From Octopus bimaculoides (taxonomy: Eukaryota): a DNA stretch of 64,000 nt. Below the pieces are notes generated by a model. It saw only the letters and a list, made by a program, of their open reading frames with translations. It was not told the DNA's origin and searched no databases. Of this stretch, positions 48,790 to 60,520 are shown piece by piece; positions within the stretch are counted from its first letter, which is position 1, and the number at the start of each line of letters is the position of its first letter. Both the position numbers and the translations under genes were made by a program. The stretch spans positions 71,864,685-71,928,684 of the forward strand of contig NC_068990.1 of NCBI RefSeq assembly GCF_001194135.2, in the 5' to 3' direction.

Positions 48790-49560
48790 TATTATTTGGG
48801 TGGCAAGCAGACAGAATTATTAGCACACTGAGTAAATGTTTAGCAGGTATTTCATTCATCTTTACACTCTGAGTTCAAATTCTGCCGAGGTCAACTTTGC
48901 CTTTCATCGTTTTGGCATCGATAAACTATGTATCAGTTAATCACTGGGGTTGCTCTAATCGATTTTCGCCCCCACCCCTGAAATTTCTGGCCTTGTGCCA
49001 AAATTTGAAACTTATTATCATTAGGGTGGCGAGCTAGCAAAATTAGTGGCTCACAAGAGTAGAATGCTTAGTGGGATTTCGTCTGTCTTTACACTCTAAG
49101 TTCAAATGCTGCCAGGGTTGATAAAATAAGTACTAGTTGAGTACTAGGGGTTGATGTAATTGACTATACACCTCCCCCAAATTTCAGGCCTTGTGCCAAT
49201 AGTAGAAAGGATTATCATTATTATTATTAAGTCATCCTTTCGGAGTTGATAAATTAAGGACCAGTTAAAAACTGGAGCTGTTGTAATCGACACATCCCCT
49301 GCCCCAAAATGGCTGTCCTTGTGGCAAAATTTGAAACCCTTATTATTACTATTAAGGTGGCGAATGCGGGCAAAATGCTTAGCATTTCATCTGTCTTCAT
49401 GTTCTGAGTTCAAATTCTGCCAAGGTTGACTTTGCCTTTCATCCTTTCGGGGTCGATAAATTAAGTACCAGTGAAACACTAAGGTCGATGTAGTCAACTA
49501 TCCCCCTCAAATTTCAGGCCTTGAACCTACAGTAGAAATGATTATTATTATTATCATTAT
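48790..49560 (+). mobile_element. Head-to-tail array of four SINE-B copies joined by (ATT)n
   Basis: Units about 48790-49015, 49022-49225, 49228-49345 and 49353-49560. Confidence 0.85.
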
Positions 49561-51619
49561 TTATTTATGTATGAATGTGTGTATGCATGTATGTATTGTT
49601 ACATAAAATAGGAAAAAAGAAAACCCACCCAAAGGATATCTTTCTGAGTACAGACAATGCAGATTAGCAAATAATCTATTATTTAATTCACTGTAAATGA
49701 ATATGTATAAAGATGACTCGGCTGATACATTTGACGCATGATGATTTAAAAAAAAAAAATAATAAAAATATTGCTGTCATTAATAGTGATATTTACCCTC
49801 ATGTCAGGCTAGATTGAGTAGATCTATGATCAAAGGCATGCCACCCATAACCATTCCACCATATATGATGTTGAATGTCAAGGACTATATTGCTCAAATC
49901 TTTTCTAAATTTTGGGCTGGGAGATGTAATTTGAAAGAAATTTGGCTGCCATTTCTTGCTGATCAATGTAGTATGTACAGCCTGCCATACAAGCACAAAC
50001 GATTTAATGGAAATGCTGTCTTGGAATCGCTTCTAAGAAGTACTCCCTGCTCAAAGTAGTTTGCTGTTGATAGAAAATGAAAGGGCAAGGGATGGGAGGA
50101 AAGCGAATGTTTTTAATTGCTGTTTTTATAAACATAAATAAGCAACTATTTAGGGATGTTCAGGAAGTGTAATGCAGTGAAGTGGGGCATAGTAGTTGCT
50201 TTAGTAGGCGCCCCATATAGGGAGAGAAATATTGATTAAGTAACTGGGCTGGTATTGAGGTACACACACACACACACACATATACAATGTTATGCATACA
50301 TACTTATACATCAAATATACATACATATTTACACACACACACAAAAGCAACACAAAGACAGAAAAAACTAATATTTTAATTACACCTGCAGATACACGCA
50401 CACACATTCATATAAACAAATAAACAGATGTGCAATTACACACATGCATGTGTGTGTGTGTATGTGTGTGCACAATTACATAGATTTATGCACAGATATA
50501 TACATATACACAAACAGATATATATATATGGAGAGAGAAAGAGAGATGTACAAGTGTATATATGCAGATATACACACACAAATATAGATATACACAAACA
50601 TATTATATAGATAATTTGTATACACACATGCAGTTTATACACACATGCAGTTTATACACACACAGTGAGGCACCATAATGGCAAATTAGTCAGTGCATCA
50701 ATTAAATTGCCTTTCATTCTGACACTTTGTGCTCTAAGTTCAAACCCTGCTGAGATAAAATCTGCTTTTCATTCCGGTGGGATTCATCATTAAGAACTAA
50801 TCCAGTACTGGGGCCAATTCTTCAAACATTATCTCTTTCTCTTCAAGAAACTGGCTGTGCTCAAAATCTAAGAAGAGCTAGGTTTTGATGCCTAACATAT
50901 GCAGTATGTCACAGCAACACCTTATGAATCAATCAAAAGTTGAGAGCTCAAGAAAGTAAGGATACAGAGATACATGCATAAATAGATATTATATACATAC
51001 GTGTATGTATACATTATACACACCTACATGCATGAATACATACACAAATGTATACATACATGTGTGTACATGTAACCATACATATACATAAATACATATA
51101 GATACATATATAAATATATATTGTGTGGCGAGTGGGAGGTGTGTGTATACATATATATATATAAACACCTCACACACATGTACATATAATTTACAGTTAT
51201 TGATGATATCCACAAAAAAAAAAAGTACTTCTTCCAGTGAGCGATAAATATCATTTAATATACACAGTATTCAAACCCAAGATACTGTTAGTTTCATGCA
51301 GTAGAAACACAAACTGATGAGCTTGTATAGCATGCTTTGTATTTCTAAGTAATCTTTCGGACTCAAACACACAATATTGATTGTGGCTTTTGAAAAAATA
51401 AGAAAGGATGCTGGTCTTTGAGAAAACACAAAACAAGATGAGAGGAGGGTAAAAACAAAAAATAGAATGAAAAAAAAGGAAGAAAAATAGAATTCAAAGA
51501 GACAGTTAAGAGTTATGCTTTTTCTGCTTGTTTGGATAAGAATCAATGTAGTAGGTGTAAATTAATTCAATAGGGAAAAGGGTTAATGTAATACAGCATG
51601 CCTAATTTGGAGAGGGTGG

Positions 51620-52180
51620 TGTACTCAAGTTCAACAAAAGAAATTTATCCATATGTTTACATTTCATAAAAATTTCATGTCTGAAATTTAGTAGGTCCAT
51701 GGAATTCTTAGGTCTAAGTGGAACATGAGATTTTTTTTAGCTAAATAAAGCCTGCATCTCTGATCTGTTTATGTTGGTATGCATCACTCCACAATGCTCC
51801 ACTTGATGGTCTGTGGGGTACAGTTGGCCTTCAAATCCCAGATATGGCTAGCTAACTATGTGACTTTTTACTCATTCACATGTCGGAAAGAAGACTGGTA
51901 GCTTGCATATCTTCTTTTAAAATTACCTTTACATATACCAAAGTAATTTTTCTTTTGAATAGTCCTTTTGGAGCACTGCTGTGACTTTGGCTTCATAAAC
52001 CACTGAGTTGATCATGCATACCTGGTAAGTGGGCAAGCTTCTTGGTGCCAACAATTACAACTTTGAAGGGGTGCTTTGTGTGACCTTCAAGTGATAATGT
52101 ATGTGTGCATGTTGGCTTCTTTATGTCCTTGTACTACAGTTTACCTATGACCACACTGTAATGTGGCTCTGATTGAAGCA
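51620..52180 (-). mobile_element. Penelope-like GIY-YIG endonuclease relic
   Basis: SCNCWHQEACPL..CMINSVVYEAKVT..NYFGICKGNFKRRYASYQSSFRH..LASHIWDLKANCTPQTIKWSIVE..RCRL..KCKHMDKFLL across frameshifts. Confidence 0.85.
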
Positions 52181-52477
52181 TTTTGTTTGCAATGATAGTA
52201 CTGTGATTTGAGAGATTTGGTTGCCATTCCTATGGAGCAAGTAGAGAGACTTATTTATGCATACATGTGTATACGTTCATAATCATAAACGTGTATGTAA
52301 GTGTATATACATTGGTATATGTATATCAGAATAAATAGATATTAATATGTATATGAATGTATTTATCTATCTATTTATCTCTCTATCTATCTATCTATCT
52401 ACATATATATATATATATATGCATTCATGTATATACATATTTATGTGTGTGTATATATTATCATATACATACATGTC

Positions 52478-52517
<40 letters not shown>

Positions 52518-52589
52518 ACTATACACACACACAAATAAATATATAACATCTCTCTCTCTCTGTATCTATATATACACATACACACATTA

Positions 52590-52735
52590 CATTTTACTAG
52601 TTTCTGTCATTCGTCTGTGGCCATGCTGGGACACTGCCTTGAAGATGTTAGTGAAACAAATAGATCCTACTGCTTATTCTACCTGTTTACTTTTGATAAC
52701 CGCTAAGTACCGTGGACGTAAATAAACCAAACATA
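52590..52735 (-). mobile_element. SINE family A 3' part
   Basis: TTTCTGTCATTCGTCTGTGGCCATGCTGGG...AACCGCTAAGTACCGTGGACGTAAA; CpGs retained. Confidence 0.75.
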
Positions 52736-52742
52736 CACACAT

Positions 52743-52777
<35 letters not shown>

Positions 52778-54094
52778 CGAGCGAAATTTTTTTTGCCTCT
52801 CCATTAAGACAAAACAAAAATTTGTATTCAAATAACTCTTTTTTTCGCCATAGTGTCTGACAAGTTTGAAAAGTTTAAAGCCAACTTAATTTTATTTTGA
52901 ATGGCATTTATTCCGCCGTTTTCAATCCTCACAGCAGTCTATGAGAAACACTGCCAAAATGTACATTTCTGTGTGTGTGTGTGTGTGTGTACACATTATG
53001 CATGTGTGTATGTTTGTTGACACATATACATATGGTGGGTAAGAAACTCAAAATAAACTAAACACGAACAATAGAGAGATGGGATAGAAGATTCTAAAAT
53101 ACACGTGAGAAACAAGTGAAAATATGTTACAGATTTCGAATACTTAAAATATAAATGAATATAGCAAAAGGACCTATTACACTCATACACACACACACTC
53201 ACACACACACATGCATGCATGTACTCTAAAATTTGTTGTTCATATCTTCTAATTTCAAATGCATCCGAAATACTGAGGATATAATTAGATTTGTTGTAAA
53301 AGAAATCATTAGGAGTTGCACCTCTAATGATGCATATACAAAGTGACAAGCTATAAATACTATAGTATAGCATACACGAGGTACAGATATTGCTGTGTGT
53401 GTGTATATATACATAAAACAGTGTCTTAAGTATATATAACCCTAACATATAAGCTTTAAAATATGAAACATTGAAACCATTGACACCGGTGTGTATATGA
53501 TGAAACAAAACAGAGACATACAATTCATACCATATATTGTTTATAAATACAAGCTAAATGTGTGTGTGTGTGTGTGTGTGTGTTTTAAGCCAGTTCGCAT
53601 CGGGACACAGAAAAACAGAACACATCAACACACAGAAACACGGTATAAAGGAATCAGTGTACACCGGTGGATGCTGAGAGAAATGGTATATGTAACTATT
53701 CACATCAGTGTGTATACAGAGACAAAGTAAACACTGGTGTATAGAGAGACACGGTAATTTAAAACGTACACATCACAGCATATAGACTGACAAGCTCTCT
53801 CTCTCTCTCTCTTAAACCTACTTATATCAGTCATACGACACGCTATACATACATACATACACACGCACAAAGCATGTATATATTTGTATATAGCCCATAT
53901 GCACGCATTCAATTTATACATAATGGTTATACAAACAATGAATTTATTGCTGTTAGTTAACCGGCCGTGTAAATAATACCTAAACATTACACACACACAT
54001 ATACTCGGATGTGTGCGTATGACATTTAGTCATCATCAGATAAAATATCATCACAAGTTGTAGTAAACTATATAAATAAACATTGTGACAGGAG

Positions 54095-54295
54095 GCAGTG
54101 ATTGTTGATTTGTTTCGGTTGAGGCAGGCCTGCAATCAGAGACGTTTCCAAGCGTGACCAGCTCGTCTACACTTTTTTTAAAATCCCTTGCAACATTATC
54201 CTTTCCTTACTTAAATGGAAGGGGGTGTGATTTTGCTGTTATTTCTAGCATAATGAGCAACCTCGTAAAGGTTATCCTCGTCGGATGGATGAAGG
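54095..54295 (-). repeat. Repeat family E, CpG-retaining
   Basis: GGTGTGATTTTGCTGTTATTTCTAGC...CCTCGTCGG. Confidence 0.65.
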
Positions 54296-54769
54296 TTGCT
54301 GTCCACTCCATCTGAGACTTATTTGATGAAGCATTAGTAATCTATTCTGACTGGCCGTTAGATGTGTCAGCTTCCTCTTGAGGGAAGAAGCCAGCAATTA
54401 TAATAATATTGGTCTGTAGCTTAGGCACATGGCCACAAATCTCACATCAATATGTTTTTCTTTTTAATTTTTATTTTACAAGTACTTAGTTTAACGAACC
54501 CAGAGGGATCACATCCCTGTCATTTCAAGAATTAGGATGTAAATAATGTTTAACGTAAGATTTAATAATCCTAATAGATACATAGAACAAAGGAAAATGA
54601 GACATCACGATATTCATGCATTTCTCAAAGGCATGAATAGTGGCGTAAGTGAAATGGTTTATATTTCGCAAAAAGAATGCCTTGGCGCGATTATAGGCTC
54701 GTCAGCAACTTTTCTTCAACACTTGCCCGAACAGTCTGAAGCGAGTCAAACAAGGAACCTCATATAGCA

Positions 54770-54915
54770 TCCATATCTACCCCAAATCACACCCTACCTT
54801 CTTAGGGCACATTGAATGTGGTCATGGATATACAAAACAAGGTGGGATGGTCACAGCCGGAACGCCTTCCATCATAGTTCTTTTCAATTAAGAGTGTGCT
54901 TAAACAAATAACAAC
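54770..54915 (+). repeat. Repeat family E, CpG-retaining
   Basis: CAAATCACACCCTACC...GGGATGGTCACAGCCGGAACGCC...CTTAAACAAATAACAAC. Confidence 0.7.
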
Positions 54916-55049
54916 GTGGTACAGTACTGAAGTTTCCAACATCAAACCTAAACAAATGCAGATAGTTAAATACATAACTGCATTAGGGGTATAATGAAAT
55001 TATAGAATAAAAGTTTTAATTATAGAAAAAAAAAAGTTATTTCTAAATC

Positions 55050-55205
55050 TCTTCATAAAAGAAAATCATTGTGTAGTAAGAGACTGATAGAATAAGTACC
55101 AGGTTTTTAAAAAAAGTAAGTACTGGGAGTCGGTTCGTTCGACTAAAATTCTTCAAGGCGAAGCCCCGGCAAGGCAGCAGTCTAATGACTGAAACAAGTA
55201 AATGA
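55050..55205 (+). mobile_element. SINE family A 3' end
   Basis: GAGACTGATAGAATAAGTACC...GTCGGTTCGTTCGACTAAAATTC...AATGACTGAAACAAGTAAA. Confidence 0.8.
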
Positions 55206-55721
55206 CTTCAAATGTGTATTAACATTTACTGCACTTCATTAAGTTAAATGACAATAACTCAAAGACTATACATTTACAAATACATGTGTATATACTGTAT
55301 GTCCCTTTATGGCTCGTAACTTAGAGGTTTGACAAATAGTAGCATAGTGGGATCTATTTAGCAGACTATTCCCTTCAAGACAGTGGCCCAACATGGAACG
55401 AGTAGAAAAAGGACAGGCAGATAGATAGATATGATAGCTAGACATATAGACAGATAAATTATGACAGACAAATAAGCAAACAGATTTGTATGGGTATGTT
55501 AAATTATTTGGTGGGGGCGTTAACGCCCCTTCGCTTTTTTTTTCCAGATTATGTGAAAAATAATAGTAATAGAAAAACGAAAGGCCCAAAACTAAATGTT
55601 TAGAACATGGTAAAACGTTGGATCTTGTAACACGTTATTAGCTCTGTCAGCCGGTTTATCAACAAACGTTTGTACACACTCACTTTCTCTGGATGTTATG
55701 TTGTGTGTATATATATATATA

Positions 55722-56076
55722 NNNNNNNNNNNNNNNNNNNNNNNNNNNNNNNNNNNNNNNNNNNNNNNNNNNNNNNNNNNNNNNNNNNNNNNNNNNNNNN
55801 NNNNNNNNNNNNNNNNNNNNNNNNNNNNNNNNNNNNNNNNNNNNNNNNNNNNNNNNNNNNNNNNNNNNNNNNNNNNNNNNNNNNNNNNNNNNNNNNNNNN
55901 NNNNNNNNNNNNNNNNNNNNNNNNNNNNNNNNNNNNNNNNNNNNNNNNNNNNNNNNNNNNNNNNNNNNNNNNNNNNNNNNNNNNNNNNNNNNNNNNNNNN
56001 NNNNNNNNNNNNNNNNNNNNNNNNNNNNNNNNNNNNNNNNNNNNNNNNNNNNNNNNNNNNNNNNNNNNNNNNNNNN
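55722..56076. other. Assembly gap inside (TA)n
   Basis: N run. Confidence 1.
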
Positions 56077-56120
<44 letters not shown>

Positions 56121-56160
56121 CATATATATAGTCCATATTTTTTTAAGGTAAACTACTTAC

Positions 56161-56740
56161 CTTTGCTGTGACATAGGAAGACAATCTTGTCACATCATCT
56201 ACGGAAACTGTCAGTCACTTATAGAAATTCTCCTTTTTTGTATTTTTTTATATTGTTTATTATTTAATGTATATTCTCACGAATATGTGACAAAAGGTTT
56301 GTTTTCCACCCCTTACTTTGGGTTATAATTCCCACGGGCTAAAATACAACAAGAGTTCAGTCGACTGTAACGGTAGGATCCAGCAGCCGATGTAAACGTT
56401 TTCAGAGTCTGTAAGTGAATGAGAGACTATGTGTCATCAAACAACAAACAAAACTTGATGGAGCAAACTGCTAGGATTTTTCAGCTGATTTCAGCTGTAC
56501 TTTCCTTTCCACTACTACAACTACAACTCAATCTATGACTGCTGCTTCAAATTGTAAATGAATATTTTAGCTCTCTCCACTATCTCAATAGTTGGACGGC
56601 AAATGAGGAGTTTTTGACGCTCAAGGAACATATATATGTATATAGTTAACGTGAGACACGCTGCTGTCTGCTCGCATCGTCCGTCTCCTCCTCTTCTTAT
56701 GTTATTACTTCGCTTCTCACACACTATAAGAATGAGGGGG
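56161..56740 (-). other. Putative first exon (mostly 5' UTR) of an unidentified gene; 5' end approximate
   Basis: Unique CpG-rich sequence ending ...CCTATGTCACAGCAAAG|GTAAGT; possible start ATG at 56174-56172 (MSQQ, phase-2 intron). Confidence 0.55.
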
Positions 56741-56830
56741 AGATCTCACTAGAGGTCGACACTATCAGTTCTCAACGCACGCTAGCACAATCTACGGATG
56801 TCAAGAAGCACAATAAATTATTATCTCTCT
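56600..56830 (-). promoter_or_regulatory. Putative core promoter / TSS region
   Basis: Densest CpG cluster in unique DNA of the window, just upstream of the donor-bearing exon; no TATA box seen. Confidence 0.45.
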
Positions 56831-57030
56831 TCTCTTCTACTTGTTTCAGTCGTTTGACTGTGGTCATGCTGGGGCACCACCCTGAAGGATTTGGTCGAAC
56901 GAATTGAATCCCACTGGTTATTTTTTTAAAACCTTGTACTTAATCTGCTGGTGTATTTTGCTGAATTGCTAAGTTACGAATGTAAACAAACCAACACCAG
57001 TTGTCAAGAGGTGGTGGGGACACACACATA
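56830..57030 (-). mobile_element. SINE family A 3' half
   Basis: CTACTTGTTTCAGTCGTTTGACTGTGGTCATGCTGGGGCACC...TTGTCAAGAGGTGGTGGGGACA. Confidence 0.8.
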
Positions 57031-57099
57031 AGTATATACATGTGTGTGTGTATTTGTGTGTCTGTGTATGCATATATACATGTATATACTCTTTTATTA

Positions 57100-57830
57100 C
57101 CACTGAGGACATGCATAGGTTTGTAAGAAATGAAGTTAGTATGCTTCGTTGGATGTGTAATGTCAGTGTGCATGCATGACAGAGTGTGACCGTCTTGAGA
57201 GAAAAGTTGGGTATAAGAGGCATCAGATATGGCGTGCAAGAGAGACAACTGTGCTGGTATGGTTATGTGATGCATATGGATGAGAACAGCTGTGTGAAGA
57301 AGTTCCACACTCTAAAAGTGGAGGGAATTTGTGGGAGAGGTAGACCCAAGAAGACATGGGACGAGGTGATGAAGCATGATCTCTGAATGTTGGGCCTCTC
57401 AGAGACAATGACAAGTGACCGAGACCTTTGGCGATATGCTGTGCTTCAGAAGACCCGTCAAGCCAAGTGAGAACATAGTTGTGACCGATGCTAGTGTTGC
57501 TTAACTGGCATGTAAAAAGCACCCTTTGAACGTTGGGTGATACACTGTACTGAAGAAGACCTGTCAAGCCAAGTTGGGGCCAATGCTAGTACTGTGTGAC
57601 TGGCACCCACACTGGTGACATGTAAAAGCCACCATTTGAGTGCTGAGCTTCACAGAAGCAGTGACAGGTAACTGAGACCTTTAGCAATATAACGAGCTTG
57701 AGAAGACCTGTCATACCAAGTGAGATTGTAGCTGTGGCTGATGCCAGTGTCATGTAACTGACACCCATGAAGTTGAAGAGCAATGATGAGGGCACATGGA
57801 AAATGGATGTTAAACTGTGATGATGATGAT
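57100..57830 (+). mobile_element. 5'-truncated RTE LINE with 3' UTR and (GAT)n tail
   Basis: TEDMHRFVRNEVSMLRWMCNVSV...LREKLGIRGIRYGVQERQLCWYGYVMHM...GRGRPKKTWDEVMKHDL...DRDLWRYAV. Confidence 0.92.
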
Positions 57831-57839
57831 ATATATACG

Positions 57840-58150
57840 ACAAGCTACTTCTTTCAGTTTCCATCTACCAGATCCATTCACAAGGCTTTCATCAACCTGA
57901 GGATATAGTAGAAGACACTTGCTCAAGGTACAATGCAGTGGGATTGAACTCAGAACCATGTGATTGGGAAGCAAGCTTCTTACCACACAGCCATACCTGA
58001 GCTTCTTTCAATTTCTGTCTGACAAATCCACTCATAGGTCTTTGGTCGGCCCAGAACTATAGTAGAAGACAGCAGCCCAAGTTGCTGCATGGTGGGACTG
58101 CACCTGAGACCACATGGCTGGAAAGCAAGCTTCTTACCACAGAGCCATGC
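57840..58150 (-). mobile_element. Two tandem SINE-A heads
   Basis: Both end on + with GCAAGCTTCTTACCACA(C/G)AGCCAT. Confidence 0.8.
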
Positions 58151-58454
58151 ATGCACCAACTTACACTTTTTAAAACATGTTTTTTTTTTTCTCCCTTCTT
58201 CTAATTTTGGAAGTTTGATTTTAATTATTGTGATAATTAGATTTGGTCTGGACATAATCAAAGGTCAGTGAATTAGTGTTGGATAAAATGCTGTGTAGTA
58301 TTTTGTTCCTGTATTCCAATCCCAAAGAAGCAGTAACAATAATTACCAATTATAGTTTGTTTGTAATTTCCTGTTCTATAACTATGTTAATTAAGCATGA
58401 TCTCAGCAGCAGAAATAGAAGAGTGACCAAGGCTTTCTTGTTATTTGGTGATGT

Positions 58455-58900
58455 CTGAGCATTCTGAGTTCAAATCTAATGTTGAATGGATTTTTCTCCC
58501 TCCACCCCACCATCTTCTAGAAGTGGGTTAATGGGGTTAATAAAATAAGTATCAATAATTTACTGGAGAGGGCAGTGAGCTGGCAGAATTTTTAGCATGC
58601 CGAGCAAGATACTTAGTTGCCTTTCTGTCTGTCTTTATGTTTTAAGTTCAAATTCCATTGAGGTCAACTTTGCCTTTCATCCTTTCAGGGTCAATAAAGT
58701 AAGTACCAGTTGAGGAGTTGAGGACTGGAGTTGATGTAATTGACGAGCCTACAACCCCAAACTTGCTGGCCTTGTACCAAAATTTGAAACCAATAATTTG
58801 TCTATTTAGTTATTCCTCTAAATGAGCAGATTTCAAATTCTGCCAAAGTCAACCTTGTCTTCCATTCTTCCAGCGCTACTAAAACAAAGTACTGGTGAAA
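58455..58900. mobile_element. SINE-B cluster (two + copies, one - fragment)
   Basis: 58455-58560 (+), 58570-58800 (+, full length), 58805-58900 (-). Confidence 0.75.
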
Positions 58901-59299
58901 AACTGGGACTGGTTTGATCAAGTATATGAAGAATGGGCAACCCTTTCCAAGAAGCAGGCCACATGATATATGGCTCATCAGGTTGGGCTGCATTAATAAA
59001 AAAAACTGAAGGTAATTTTTCATTAGGCTTGCCATTCAGAAAGTCCCTCAAACCACAGTTTGTCCAAAACTGTACGAGGCCCTTCTCCAAACTTTGAGTC
59101 CTAATGTTTATGTTAAGGATTATTGCTGTTGTTATCAGGATGGTAGGTTGGTAGAAATAGAATAATGGATTGGAAATACCAACTGGTCACTTCTTAATGT
59201 ACAGTGTCTTCAGGTGTCAGTGACCATGCACCTCTGTCTCCTTCTGTCCCACACACAACTCAACATGTTACTGGGCTGATATTATTAAAACCAACAAGG

Positions 59300-59500
59300 G
59301 TGAATTGTTGGCATACTAGTCAAAATGCTTAGTGACATTTCATCTGTCTTTACATCCTGAGTTCAAATTCCACTAAGGTAGACTTTGCCTTTTTTCTTTC
59401 CAGGGTTAATAAAAGAAATACCAGTGAACACTGAGACCAATGTAATCAACTTGACCCTCCCTTGAAATTACTGGCTTTGTGCCAAAATTTTGAACTAAAA
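59300..59500 (+). mobile_element. SINE family B
   Basis: AAAATGCTTAG...GAGTTCAAATTCC...GGCTTTGTGCCAAAATTTTGAA. Confidence 0.8.
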
Positions 59501-59819
59501 TTACTGAATACAGCTGATAAAGCTGTTAAATATCATCACACTTTGTTTCCCCTTGCTTCTTTTTCCTTTCTGTATCCCAAATTGTCACCTAGTGCTCAAG
59601 GTTTGTTTTCTCCTCTTTTGGTAGCTAGTGAACTTTATCTGTTGTCCTTATATTGTTAAGAAGCTTTCAGCTAGTTTCTACTTATATGTAGGCCTCACCA
59701 TTTGTCAATGTATCTGCAGATGACACCTTCAGCATTAATGTAATGAACCATATCTCTGTAGCATTTATAAGCTTTTTCACTTCTATATTATGTTCCAGAT
59801 CACACAACCATATAAAGTA

Positions 59820-60305
59820 AAAATGTTCTCTTCTCAAGTCATGTTGACTCATAAGGGCTGGTTTTCCAGTTTCCATGGCATATTAATTCCCCACCTGGAC
59901 AAGACACCAGTCCGTTGGAGGATTACTCATGTTTGCCAGCAGAGTGGACTGGAGCAACGTGAAATGAAGCGTTTTGCTCAAGAGCACATGTCACCCAGTC
60001 CAGGAATCAAAACCACAGTCTTACAATCATGAACCAACACCCTAACCACAAAATCATGCACCTGACTAAAGTAAAGTTACCTTCTCAAGTCATATCAACT
60101 CATAAGGGCTGATTTTATGGCATATATATTCTCCAACTAGAAGGGACACTGGTCCATCACAGGATTACACATTTTTACCAGCTGAGTGGACTGAGCAACA
60201 TGAAATGAAGTGCCTTGCTCAAGAACACAATGTGTTGCCCAGTCCAGGAATCAAAACCACAATTTTTTGATCCAACACCTTAACCACTAAGACACACACT
60301 CCCAC
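59820..60305 (-). mobile_element. Two tandem family-D SINEs
   Basis: Two units starting TTCTCAAGTCAT..GACTCATAAGGGCTG (59830, 60082) with a CORE-like block and tRNA head. Confidence 0.8.
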
Positions 60306-60369
60306 ACACAACCATAAGTAAGAAAACAATTCTAATTATGCTTCTAAAACTTGTTACTTCTAATTAATA

Positions 60370-60520
60370 GTGGTTTCTTTGACAATTTATGTTTTGTCAC
60401 ACCAAAAGCAGCCTCGGCCGAGTCAATTCTTGACTTAACTTCTTTGCTGTAATTTTCACCTGGCCACAAGCATAATTAAACTCCCCATCCATCTTAGGTG
60501 AAATGTTGGAGGAAGTGGCA
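60370..60520 (-). mobile_element. Possible RTE RT fragment
   Basis: ENYSKEVKSRIDSAEAAFG resembles the E...RI..A..AF motif of RTE RT. Confidence 0.4.

Noticed and set aside
51922-51927. Strong-looking minus-strand donor AAG|GTAATT
   Set aside because: Lies inside the Penelope GIY-YIG relic; no independent exon support
54660-54712. Minus-strand CUGACGA...GAAA
   Set aside because: Stem II does not close next to GAAA and no helix III or I can be formed
58935-58990. Minus-strand CUGAUGA-GCCA...UGGC...GAAA
   Set aside because: Ten unpaired nt between stem II and GAAA, no helix III or UH site
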